Source: Parcubacteria group bacterium RIFCSPLOWO2_01_FULL_48_18 (GTDB taxonomy: Bacteria > Patescibacteriota > Minisyncoccia > UBA6257 > WO2-01-48-18). From it: a stretch of DNA of 64,000 nucleotides. Made by a program: the position numbers and the translations under genes. The DNA lies in NCBI GenBank assembly GCA_001824435.1, contig MHXH01000016.1, positions 14,970 to 78,969 of the forward strand, given 5' to 3'. Below the pieces are notes generated by a model. It saw only the letters and a list, made by a program, of their open reading frames with translations. It was not told the origin of the DNA and made no database searches. This document shows positions 18,298-27,352 of this stretch, in pieces (within the stretch, counting starts at the first letter, position 1; every line of letters begins with the position of its first letter).

Positions 18298-18636
18298 CTA
18301 TCTCGTGGCGCGCCCGAGAAGCGCTCGAAGCTCTTCCCGCATAGAGCCCTCGACCCGCCGTTCCGACATCGCGCCCGATTTTACAAAAACACAAATATCG
18401 TGTCCGCCTCCCGTAACCTCTTCCTTCCGTATCGTTTCTGTCAATACCCTACGTAAACGATTCCTCGCTGCCGCGCGCATACGTCCTCCCACCATGACCG
18501 CATATCTGTTATACGGAAGGCCGCTTGCTTTCGCGCCGACGCCGAGAAAGCGCCCGCGAACAAAACGATCAAACTTCTGCCGCGACCCGGGCAGGCGATT
18601 TCTAAAAAGCGGCAGTCGTAATTTTCTCTTCAACAT
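18298..18636 (-). CDS. rnpA: Ribonuclease P protein component
   Basis: MLKRKLRL, AAARNRLRR (RNR motif); synteny rpmH-rnpA-yidC. Confidence 0.85.
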   Translation of the reverse strand: MLKRKLRLPLFRNRLPGSRQKFDRFVRGRFLGVGAKASGLPYNRYAVMVGGRMRAAARNRLRRVLTETIRKEEVTGGGHDICVFVKSGAMSERRVEGSMREELRALLGRATR

Positions 18637-18684
18637 AGGTATGGCGAGGGCCTATCCCCCCGACACGGCGAACCGAGATATGCG

Positions 18685-18831
18685 TTACGGACGTGCGTAC
18701 GGCGCAAGCACGCCTCTTTTCTTGCGGCGTCTGCGCACTAAAACCCGACGACCGCCGGGCGTCTGGCTTCTCTTCAAGAAACCATGCGTCCGTCGCCGTT
18801 TCTTCTTTTTCGGCCGGTACGTCATTGACAT
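18685..18831 (-). CDS. rpmH: 50S ribosomal protein L34 (absent from the ORF track)
   Basis: Manual translation [48 protein letters not shown]. Confidence 0.95.
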   Translation of the reverse strand: MSMTYRPKKKKRRRTHGFLKRSQTPGGRRVLVRRRRKKRGVLAPYARP

Positions 18832-18922
18832 TACTATTGAGATTAGCAAGAATGAAGTAAAAATTCAACGCGTTGCGCGACACAGAACACGGTGCCGCAT
18901 CGCATCCAAAAACCGTCTTATG

Positions 18923-18942
18923 TTGTCCACACCTTGTACACA
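18923..18942. promoter_or_regulatory. Tandem DnaA-box-like sites upstream of dnaA
   Basis: TTGTCCACA (18923-18931) and TTGTACACA (18934-18942) vs consensus TTATCCACA. Confidence 0.65.
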
Positions 18943-19044
18943 TTCTCTGCTTAAAATAACTTTGCAACCCTCGACAATATATTTTATGATTCGCACATGC
19001 GCGCCGCATTAATGCCGTCGCTGATGCTTTAAATTTGTTCCCAT

Positions 19045-20403
19045 ATGAACATAAACCTTGAAGATTTTTGGAAAAACGTACTCGGCGAAGTAGAACTCGA
19101 GATATCAAGGCCTAATTTCGTCACATGGCTGAAGGGCAGCCGCCTTGTAGACAAAAAGGACGGCGTCGCGCTGGTAAGCCTTCCCAGCAACTTTGCCCGC
19201 GAATGGGTGGAAAACAAATACAATAAATTGATACTCCGTTCGCTGCGCGCGCTCGACCAATCCTTAAAGCGCGTGGAATACACCATCGACGCTTCTCAGC
19301 ACAACAAGATCCTTCCGCAGAAGACGCCGGTACTCATTACCAACCAACTTGCGTTTCAAGAATTCAGAGTCGATCCAGAAACAAATCTTAACCCCCGGTA
19401 TACGCTCTCATCGTTCATCGTTGGTTCATCAAACGAACTCGCGTACGCGGCAACGACCGCAGTGATTAACGAAATCGGAACAAAGTACAATCCGCTTTTC
19501 ATTTACGGAGGCGTGGGTCTTGGAAAGACTCATCTGCTGCAAGCGATGGGCAATGAAATAAAAAACCTGCACAAAAATAAAATTCGCGCGCGGTATGTAA
19601 CGTCGGACCGGTACGTCAACGACGTAGTGTGGGCTATCCGCAACAAACGGATGGACGACATCAGAGAGAAATACAGGAACGTTGACATCCTCATCATTGA
19701 CGACATCCAGTTTGTCGGCGGCAAAGAGAGAACGGAAGAGGAATTCTTCCATACATTCAATGCGCTGTATGAAATGAATAAACAAATTGTTATATCGTCG
19801 GATCGCGCCCCGCGGGCAATTCCCACCCTTGAAGAACGCCTGCGTTCGAGATTCGAAGGCGGAATGATCGCCGATATCGGGTTCCCAGACTACGAAATGC
19901 GCGTTGCCATTCTGAAAACGAAACTGCAAGAAAAAAATCAGGAATTACCGGACGACATCATCGATCTTGTCGCCTCCCGCATCCAGCGCAACATTCGAGA
20001 ACTTGAGGGAGTCCTCAATCGGATCTTGTTCCATCAACAGAAAAAAAACGAACCGGCAAGCATTAAAACCGCAGAAGGAATCATTCAAGAAAATGCGACG
20101 CAACCGGTTAAACAAATCAGTTTTCAGCAGATCACGCAAGCCGTATCTTCGTTCTTCGAAATCCCCGAAAAAGACCTCCTGGGGCGTTCGCGGAAGAAAG
20201 AAATCGTGTTTCCGCGCCAAATTGCCATGTACATCATCCGAGAAGAGCTCAGTGCGTCTTATCCCGAAATCGGGAGCAGGCTCGGGAAAAGGGATCACAC
20301 GACGGCGATTTATGCCTATGAAAAAATATCTAAAGAGATTCAGAAAAACCCCGCGCTCGCGAGTAAAATCAACTTATTGAAAGAGAAAATACATAACAGT
20401 TAG
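19045..20403 (+). CDS. dnaA: Chromosomal replication initiator DnaA
   Basis: YNPLFIYGGVGLGKTHL, IIDDIQF, RLRSRFEGG, KRDHTTAIYA. Confidence 0.98.
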   Translation: MNINLEDFWKNVLGEVELEISRPNFVTWLKGSRLVDKKDGVALVSLPSNFAREWVENKYNKLILRSLRALDQSLKRVEYTIDASQHNKILPQKTPVLITNQLAFQEFRVDPETNLNPRYTLSSFIVGSSNELAYAATTAVINEIGTKYNPLFIYGGVGLGKTHLLQAMGNEIKNLHKNKIRARYVTSDRYVNDVVWAIRNKRMDDIREKYRNVDILIIDDIQFVGGKERTEEEFFHTFNALYEMNKQIVISSDRAPRAIPTLEERLRSRFEGGMIADIGFPDYEMRVAILKTKLQEKNQELPDDIIDLVASRIQRNIRELEGVLNRILFHQQKKNEPASIKTAEGIIQENATQPVKQISFQQITQAVSSFFEIPEKDLLGRSRKKEIVFPRQIAMYIIREELSASYPEIGSRLGKRDHTTAIYAYEKISKEIQKNPALASKINLLKEKIHNS

Positions 20404-20594
20404 TAACCCTGTGAAATGGCATTGGATAATTACTGAACAAGCGCGATGTTCCGAAGGACGTCCTGTCGCTTTCCGCTTTATACAGTTTTTCCCCCCAACT
20501 TATACTCCTTCTTTCTCCTTACGAATAGAGACAAAAGAGGATAAAGAATAAGAAACAAAGCGTTGTCCACTTATCCCCTCCCCCTACTATAACT
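20404..20594. other. Replication origin oriC (dnaA-dnaN intergenic)
   Basis: Degenerate DnaA boxes TTATACAGT (20478), TTGTCCACT and TTATCCCCT (20563-20579), C-rich spacer, trio-like CTACTATAACTA (20584-20595); plus strand appears to change from C-rich to G-rich around here. Confidence 0.7.
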
Positions 20595-21719
20595 ATGAAA
20601 TTATTAATATTAAGAGAGAATTTAAAACAGGTAGTAGGTATTGTTGATCGCGCCGTGAGCAATTCGTCTTCTCTGCCGGTACTAAGAAATATTTTGGTAA
20701 TCGCAGCAAATGGTACCATTTCTGTTTCTGCAACAAATTTGGAATTGGCCGTTACCGCGACGCTTACCGGCAAGATTACCGAAGAAGGTTCACTCACTAT
20801 TCCTGCACACGTCTTTTCTGCAATCGTAGGAAGCGTTTCTTCGGAAAAGATACATCTCGAAAAGAAAGGGAATTCGGTACTGGTAAAGACAGACAACTAT
20901 GAAGCCGCGATTCAAACGATCCACGAAAAAGAATTTCCCATTATACCGAAGGCAAAAAATACGCGCGAGTTTATAGATATCGACGGCAATCTTTTAAGGT
21001 CTGCTTTCGACCAGGTAATTAATGCGGCTGCAACGGTCTCGGATTTTCGTCAAGAACTTTCCGGAGTATTATTTTCTTTTCAAGGGGATTCGATTATCTG
21101 CGCCGCAACCGATAGCTTCCGGCTCGCTGAAAAAACGATATCACACGCTCAGTACCAAACTAATATCGAAAAAGGTTTTACGGTTATTATACCGGCGAAG
21201 AATGTTCAGGAGCTTATTAAAATACTACCGTCGGGAACGGTTCGCATCCACGTCGACCAGAATGAAATCATTTTTAAAAACGAGGAACGTGAGATCGTTT
21301 CGCGCCTTATTGAGGGAAAGTTTCCTGATTACCGGAATATCATTCCGACGTCATTTGATTTCAACGCGCACGTGCCTATCAATGAGCTTCTGGAAGGCCT
21401 CAAGCTCGTTCATGTGTTTGCAAGTCGGCTCAATGATATTAAAATAGCGATTGCCGATAGTCATAAAACCGCTGAATTATCTTCGCGCGAAACCGGCTTA
21501 GGAGAAAACCGTTACCTCGTTCCGATAAAAGGAGAGGGGACGGCGTTTGAAGTCATGTTTAACGGCATCTACTTCTCGGACGGATTGAGGTCTGTCGCAA
21601 AAGCGGCAAAAAACGAGAGGGCATTTCTCGGGCTCAACAAAAGTTCTCGCCCTTCCCTCATACGAGCGGTTGAAGACAAATCGCTTCTCTATGTTCTTAT
21701 GCCTATCAGGCAGCCGTAA
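20595..21719 (+). CDS. dnaN: DNA polymerase III beta clamp
   Basis: SATNLEL, ATDSFRLAEK, SRLIEGKFPDY, YVLMPIR. Confidence 0.97.
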   Translation: MKLLILRENLKQVVGIVDRAVSNSSSLPVLRNILVIAANGTISVSATNLELAVTATLTGKITEEGSLTIPAHVFSAIVGSVSSEKIHLEKKGNSVLVKTDNYEAAIQTIHEKEFPIIPKAKNTREFIDIDGNLLRSAFDQVINAAATVSDFRQELSGVLFSFQGDSIICAATDSFRLAEKTISHAQYQTNIEKGFTVIIPAKNVQELIKILPSGTVRIHVDQNEIIFKNEEREIVSRLIEGKFPDYRNIIPTSFDFNAHVPINELLEGLKLVHVFASRLNDIKIAIADSHKTAELSSRETGLGENRYLVPIKGEGTAFEVMFNGIYFSDGLRSVAKAAKNERAFLGLNKSSRPSLIRAVEDKSLLYVLMPIRQP

Positions 21720-21998
21720 ATGTTAAGATCTCTTACGCCGGATCTGAATCGGCTCATCCGGCGTCTCAACCTATTTGAGAAAATAGAAGAACGGAGGGTT
21801 CTTAAGAAGACCGAAGCGGTCCTTGCAGAGCTTGCCGGCGCAGATCGTATATCTTCGCTTAAGGTTCGTCCGCTTTCCTGCAAAAAGGGGGTGCTTTTGA
21901 TATGGTGTGAGGATTCGAGCACGGCGCACTACTTGAAAAGCAACGAAGGTCGGATTAAAAACGCCGCGCGAGTAGAGCGGGTGCGGTATATATCTTAA
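21720..21998 (+). CDS. DciA/DUF721-like protein
   Basis: Small basic ORF after dnaN with KKGVLLIWCEDSSTAHYL motif. Confidence 0.55.
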   Translation: MLRSLTPDLNRLIRRLNLFEKIEERRVLKKTEAVLAELAGADRISSLKVRPLSCKKGVLLIWCEDSSTAHYLKSNEGRIKNAARVERVRYIS

Positions 21999-22020
21999 AA
22001 ATCCGACGGACTCGGATGGG

Positions 22021-23505
22021 CTATTTTCTTAGAAGTAGAGGGAAAAGTTTTCCCGGCTTTTGGATCATAAACTTGCCTCCTTGCCATGGAGAGCTGCTAT
22101 TTTTGTAACCCAACCATTGCGAAATCACTGACGCCGTGTGCGGCATAAAGGGTTGTAGCATTTCATTCAGGTTGGCAAGGGCGAGCCATATACTTGAGGC
22201 CGTGTCTTCGAATTCTTTTTCCCCGGGTGTTTGCTGCCACGGCTTTTGCGCATTGATATAGCGGTCGGCCCGACCCATCAGATTCCATACGGCCTCAAGT
22301 GCCGTATTAAATTTAAACTCGGTTAAAGCAGCGCTGTAATCTTTCCAGCTGAGCAAGACATCTTTTTTTAAGTCGTCTTTCCCGACTGTTACCTGCCCTG
22401 CCTTGATCATCAGGGTTAGAGAGCGGCTGACCAGGTTGCCCAATCCGTGAGCCAGGTCATCGGCATATCTTCTTGCAAGTCTTTCCATGGAGAAGTCGCC
22501 GTCTTCACAGGGAGGAATTTCTCTAAGAAGAAAGTAGCGGGTAGGATCAATGCCCCATTCTTTTGTTACATCTTTGGGATCGATGACGTTGCCCAAGCTC
22601 TTTGACATTTTTTCTCCTTCAGCCGTTACATAACCATGGACAAAAACTGTGTTCGGTAGGCGCAGTCCTGCCGAGAGAAGCATTGCTGGCCAGTAAATTG
22701 CGTGAAAGCGTAAAACCCCCTTGCCGATCATATGAATTATTTTTGTATCCTCGTCGCGCCAAAACTTTTCGAAGGTACGGCCTCCTTGCGCAAAATCGAT
22801 ACCTGTAACATAGTTTGTGAGCGCGTCGAACCAGACGTACATGATTTGATGGTTGTCGTCGGGTACCGGTATTCCCCATCCGTCGGCGCGCGTTATGCTT
22901 CGTGAAATACTGAAGTCTTCGAGGCCCGACTCGATAAATCTTTCGACTTCATGTTTCCGGCGTTCCGGCACGATTCTAATGCGGTCTTCAGCGTAGATTG
23001 CCCCGAGCTGTTTCTGGTATGCCGAGAGCCGAAAAAAATAGTTCTCTTCCTCGACGGTCTCTGGCTTGGTATGATGCTCCGGACAAAGGCCCTCAGCGAG
23101 CTCTGATTCTTTGTAGAAAAGTTCGCAGCCCACGCAATAGAGGCCGCGGTACACTTTCCTGAATATGTCTTTTGCGCACATCCGCCAGAACTTTTTTGCT
23201 CCTTCGACGTGACGAACCTCGGTGGTGCGTATGAAGTCGTCGTAGGAAATATCCAGAACTGTTTTGAGCTTCTTGAATTTTTCGGCGTTCGCGTCCACAA
23301 GCTCTTTGACGGGGACCCTCGCGAGTTTCGCCGCCTGCACGTTTTTGAGGCTGTTCTCGTCGGTGCCGGTTAAAAAATAAACCTCGTCTTCCATAAGGCG
23401 GCGGTAGCGGGCGACGACATCGGCTTGTACGGCTTCAAGCCCGAATCCGATATGCGGATCCGCATTTACATACGGAATCGCGGTTGTGATGAGTAGTTTT
23501 GACAT
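22021..23505 (-). CDS. metG: Methionine--tRNA ligase
   Basis: TTAIPYVNADPHIG, GTDENSLK, YVWFDAL, KMSKSLGN. Confidence 0.97.
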   Translation of the reverse strand: MSKLLITTAIPYVNADPHIGFGLEAVQADVVARYRRLMEDEVYFLTGTDENSLKNVQAAKLARVPVKELVDANAEKFKKLKTVLDISYDDFIRTTEVRHVEGAKKFWRMCAKDIFRKVYRGLYCVGCELFYKESELAEGLCPEHHTKPETVEEENYFFRLSAYQKQLGAIYAEDRIRIVPERRKHEVERFIESGLEDFSISRSITRADGWGIPVPDDNHQIMYVWFDALTNYVTGIDFAQGGRTFEKFWRDEDTKIIHMIGKGVLRFHAIYWPAMLLSAGLRLPNTVFVHGYVTAEGEKMSKSLGNVIDPKDVTKEWGIDPTRYFLLREIPPCEDGDFSMERLARRYADDLAHGLGNLVSRSLTLMIKAGQVTVGKDDLKKDVLLSWKDYSAALTEFKFNTALEAVWNLMGRADRYINAQKPWQQTPGEKEFEDTASSIWLALANLNEMLQPFMPHTASVISQWLGYKNSSSPWQGGKFMIQKPGKLFPLLLRK

Positions 23506-23566
23506 GAATGGCGGCGATTACGGCAGATTCATGTAGGGCGCCTTGCCGTTTTACCCCGAACGGGGT

Positions 23567-24586
23567 TTACGCCCCCAATCGTGCTCCTTTTCTCTTCCCC
23601 CAGTCTTCAACAATCTCTTGCAGTACCACCACTGACGGGATAGCGAGGATCATGCCAACAACTCCGCCTACCGCCGAACCCGTCATCAGCGCGAGGATGA
23701 CCACCACAGGATTGATTCCCACGAGCTTTTTTGTGATGAGCGGAACCGCAAGATGGTTTTCGAGCTGCTGGATAACAATAAAAACTAGTAGCGTGAAGAA
23801 GGCCAGTTTTGTGGACTCTGCGAGTGCCGCCAGGATTGCGACGGCCGCCGCAAATATGGGACCGGCGATCGGCACGATCTCAAACGCGCCCGCCACGAAC
23901 CCGAGCAGGAACGCATAGTTGACGCCCAAGAGCCTGAGCGCCCCAAAGCTTAACAAACCGATGAGAATGCTGAGCGAAAGCTGGGTTTGAAGCCAGCGCC
24001 CTAGTTTCTTTTTGACGCGCAACCAGAGGTTAATGAGGTAGTCTTCGTACGCGGCTGGAGTAACGGCGCGAATGAATTCCGTAACCCCGTTCTCGTTTAC
24101 CAATATATAAAACGTTACGATCGTAGTCGCAAGAAGAACGGCTACTCCGCCGATTAGCGAGCCGAGGAGATTAAATACCGAACCGCCGCTTTCAAGGAGC
24201 ATGGTGAGCGAATCGAGCGAAACGGAGAGCGAAGAGCGCAGCTCTTCAAATATTTCGGGGCTGAAGTAGAGGCTTAGCTGAGGCGTGAGGTTTTCAAGGT
24301 GGTCGAGAAAGTTTCTCAGTTCGACGACAACCGGAGGAATGATGAGGTACAATGCCGTGGCCACGGTGGCGACGGCGAGAAGATAAAGAAAAATAGCGGA
24401 AAGTACCCGCGGCACCCCTCCCTTTTGAAGCGTGTTGACAACCGGTTCGACCGCCGATGAAATAATGAGCGAAAAAAACAGGACGACAAGCGCCTTTACG
24501 GCAAAATACGCCAATAGAATGATAAGCACGACCGTGATTGCCCTCCAAAATGTCAACCACGATACGTCGTGAATGCTACGTTCCAA
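23567..24586 (-). CDS. AI-2E family transporter
   Basis: Polytopic; IQQLENHLAVPLI, GMILAIP motifs. Confidence 0.9.
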   Translation of the reverse strand: MERSIHDVSWLTFWRAITVVLIILLAYFAVKALVVLFFSLIISSAVEPVVNTLQKGGVPRVLSAIFLYLLAVATVATALYLIIPPVVVELRNFLDHLENLTPQLSLYFSPEIFEELRSSLSVSLDSLTMLLESGGSVFNLLGSLIGGVAVLLATTIVTFYILVNENGVTEFIRAVTPAAYEDYLINLWLRVKKKLGRWLQTQLSLSILIGLLSFGALRLLGVNYAFLLGFVAGAFEIVPIAGPIFAAAVAILAALAESTKLAFFTLLVFIVIQQLENHLAVPLITKKLVGINPVVVILALMTGSAVGGVVGMILAIPSVVVLQEIVEDWGKRKGARLGA

Positions 24587-24593
24587 TGAAATA

Positions 24594-24670
24594 GAGTGTT
24601 TAGCGCTTAGCGTTCAGCGTTTATCCGCCAGCCGGCGGACTAATCGCCATACTCCATACCCTAAACCCTA
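24594..24670. repeat. Empty inverted 7-mer array pair with central REP-like palindrome
   Basis: GTGTTTA GCGCTTA GCGTTCA GCGTTTA TCCGCCAGCCGGCGGA ... CCATACT CCATACC CTAAACC CTAAA. Confidence 0.7.
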
Positions 24671-25936
24671 AAATGCGAGTATTTTCTCAAATTGGACCGA
24701 GTCTTTGTACGGGCCGATCACCGCTAAGTTCAGCCCCGCGTTCGTGAAGATTTCCCTTGAAACATTCCGTATGTCCTCGGCGGTCACCCCATTTATTTTC
24801 TCTAAAATTTGATCGATAGTCAAAATTTCCCTGCGGACGACCTCTTGACTGCCGTAGAAAGAAGCTAGTTCATCCGAAGTTTCAAGGCTTATCGCCATGC
24901 TGCCGGCAATCTTTCTTTTGGCGTTGATGAGTTCTTCTGCGTCAACGGACCCGTCCCTTAATCGCGCGAATTCTTCAAGGATTGCGCGGACCACATTGGT
25001 GATCTTATCGAGCGCGACCCCGGCCGAAACAGAAAGATAGCCGTGATCGCTATAGAGATCGTTTGAGGTATGAATGTAGTACGCCGCGCCCATTTGTTCC
25101 CGGACGCGCTGGAAGAGTCGTGAGCTCATCCCCCCGCCTAGCAGATTGGCAATGAGCGTAAGCGTGTTTCGCCGTTCGTCAAAAGCGTCAAAGGCCCTTA
25201 CTCCTAATACAAGATGAGCTTGGTCGGTTTCCTTGTGCCGTGTTAGCGTCGCAGGCCCTTTTTGTGTTTCGATCGTGCGGGGCATCGATCCCTTTTCGTC
25301 GGCAGCGATGCGGTCGAACGCTTCGGTTGTCATTCGCCGCACGGCCGTTTCGTCGGTCCCGCCCGCAACGATTAATACCGTAGCGTTGGGAAGGTAGTGT
25401 CTCTTCCGATAGGACAGAAAGTCATTCCTCTGAAGAGATAAGACTATTTCTTTCTTGCCGATAACGTCCCAGCCAGCCGGTTGGTCGCCGTAGAGGAGGG
25501 TGGTAAAGAGTTCGTGGATCTGTTGCATTGGCGCGTCTTCGTACATGTTGATTTCTTCAATAATTACCCCGCGTTCTTTGTCAATCTCTTCTTCTCGAAG
25601 AAGCGAACGAAGATAAATGTCGGAGAGTACATCGAAGATTTTTCCTGCATCTTCGTTGCGCGCCTTGGCATAGAAGCCCGTGTATTCATGGCTGGTGAAG
25701 GCATTGTAGTGGGCGCCGAGCGCGTCAAGTTCGGAGGCGACGTCGATCGGCCTCGGGCGCCGCTCGGTTCCCTTAAAACACATGTGCTCGAGAAAATGAG
25801 AGAGGCCGTTGACCTGCTTTGATTCATATTTTGATCCCGCTTCAACCAAAAACAACACCGTGGTGGTGAGGCTTCCTTTTTGCGGAACGGTGACGAGCCG
25901 TAGCCCGTTCTTTAAAGTTGTTTTAGAAAAAGACAC
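24668..25936 (-). CDS. M16 family zinc peptidase
   Basis: HFLEHMCFKGT (HXXEH), NAFTSHEYT, LGGGMSSRLF. Confidence 0.93.
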   Translation of the reverse strand: MSFSKTTLKNGLRLVTVPQKGSLTTTVLFLVEAGSKYESKQVNGLSHFLEHMCFKGTERRPRPIDVASELDALGAHYNAFTSHEYTGFYAKARNEDAGKIFDVLSDIYLRSLLREEEIDKERGVIIEEINMYEDAPMQQIHELFTTLLYGDQPAGWDVIGKKEIVLSLQRNDFLSYRKRHYLPNATVLIVAGGTDETAVRRMTTEAFDRIAADEKGSMPRTIETQKGPATLTRHKETDQAHLVLGVRAFDAFDERRNTLTLIANLLGGGMSSRLFQRVREQMGAAYYIHTSNDLYSDHGYLSVSAGVALDKITNVVRAILEEFARLRDGSVDAEELINAKRKIAGSMAISLETSDELASFYGSQEVVRREILTIDQILEKINGVTAEDIRNVSREIFTNAGLNLAVIGPYKDSVQFEKILAF

Positions 25937-26000
25937 GATTTTTTGACTGTTGATACGGCTTAGGCGGTATAAAACATTATGTAGTATATCACAAAGGATT

Positions 26001-27347
26001 TTAAGTTTCCAGCTTCTTCGTCAGGTAGTCAGCAAGACCTCCGGTTTCAATTCTCTCCTGTTTCATCGTATCCCTGTCCCGTACCGTCACGCCGTCCTTT
26101 TCCAGGCTTTCGAAGTCAACGGTAATGCAAAATGGCGTTCCGATTTCGTCTTGGCGGCGGTAGCGGCGGCCGATGGTGCCGGATTCGTCGTATTGAACCA
26201 AGCCGTTAATCTCCGTACGCAGCTCTTCATAGATTTTTTGCGCCAGCTCCACTAACCGTGGCTTGTTTTTTACCAGGGGTAAAACCGCGACTTTCACTGG
26301 CGAGAGGGCCGGGTGAAGGCGGAGTATGATTTCTTCCTCCTTGGCGGACTGCGTGGTGATAGTTCGACCGCCCGCTATTTTTTCGTAGGCATCAATAAGA
26401 AATACAAGAACTGCGCGGTCTGCTCCGGCAGAGGTTTCCATGACGTGAGGGATGCATTTTTTCTTTTTTTCGGAATCAAAATAAGAGAGATCGCGGCCGG
26501 AATATTTTGCGTGATTTGATAGATCCCAGTCGCCGCGGTAATGGATTCCTTCTATCTCCTGCCAGCCGAGCGGTTCGGGGAACCGATACTGGATGTCGGC
26601 CGCCCTTTTTGCATAATGCGCCAATTCCTCTTTTTTGTGTTCGTGGAAACGCAGATTCCCCTTTTTGATTCCGAGGTTGAGATACCACCGTAATCTTTGT
26701 TCCCGCCAGTGTTCAAACCAATGCTTTGCAGAGCCGGTTGCGCCCGCAGGAAGAAAAAACCATTGCATTTCCATCTGTTCAAATTCCCGCATGCGGTAGG
26801 TAAAATTTCCAGGAGTAATTTCATTCCGAAACGCCTTGCCTATTTGCGCGAGCCCGAAGGGGGGCTTGAGCCGCATGGATTCCAGGATCCATGGGAAATT
26901 GAGATATATTCCTTGTGCGGTTTCCGCGCGTAGATACGTTTCGCTTGCCGCGTCCTCTACCGGCCCCACGAACGTTTTCATCATGAGATTGAACTTTCTT
27001 TCTTTGGTGAGTTTTCCGTCACAGTCCGGACAAGACTCTTTTTTCAGCTGATCTTTCCTGAAGCGACGATGGCACGATATGCATTCAACCAAGGGATCGG
27101 CGAATCCGGCGCCCAAGTGTCCGGACGCCTCCCAAGTTTTCGGGTTCATCAAAATCGCGGCGTCCAAGCCGAGCACGTTGCGGCCGGCGTACACCATATC
27201 GTTCCACCACGCCGACTTTACGCTATTTTTGAGTTCGACTCCCAGCGGCCCGTAATCATATGAACTGGAAAAACCACCGTAGATTTCGGAGGATTGCGCA
27301 ATGAAGCCGCGGCGCTTCGCAAGATTTACAATATCGTCTATACGCAT
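26001..27347 (-). CDS. glyQS: Glycine--tRNA ligase (single-chain, alpha2 type)
   Basis: YLRAETAQGI, GKAFRNEITPGNF, IGRRYRRQDEIGTP. Confidence 0.96.
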   Translation of the reverse strand: MRIDDIVNLAKRRGFIAQSSEIYGGFSSSYDYGPLGVELKNSVKSAWWNDMVYAGRNVLGLDAAILMNPKTWEASGHLGAGFADPLVECISCHRRFRKDQLKKESCPDCDGKLTKERKFNLMMKTFVGPVEDAASETYLRAETAQGIYLNFPWILESMRLKPPFGLAQIGKAFRNEITPGNFTYRMREFEQMEMQWFFLPAGATGSAKHWFEHWREQRLRWYLNLGIKKGNLRFHEHKKEELAHYAKRAADIQYRFPEPLGWQEIEGIHYRGDWDLSNHAKYSGRDLSYFDSEKKKKCIPHVMETSAGADRAVLVFLIDAYEKIAGGRTITTQSAKEEEIILRLHPALSPVKVAVLPLVKNKPRLVELAQKIYEELRTEINGLVQYDESGTIGRRYRRQDEIGTPFCITVDFESLEKDGVTVRDRDTMKQERIETGGLADYLTKKLET

Positions 27348-27352
27348 GGTTG

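Noticed and set aside
18305-19108. Long ORFs 18305-19012 (+) and 18602-19108 (-)
   Set aside because: They overlap rnpA and the real rpmH, which is in another frame; no recognisable motifs.
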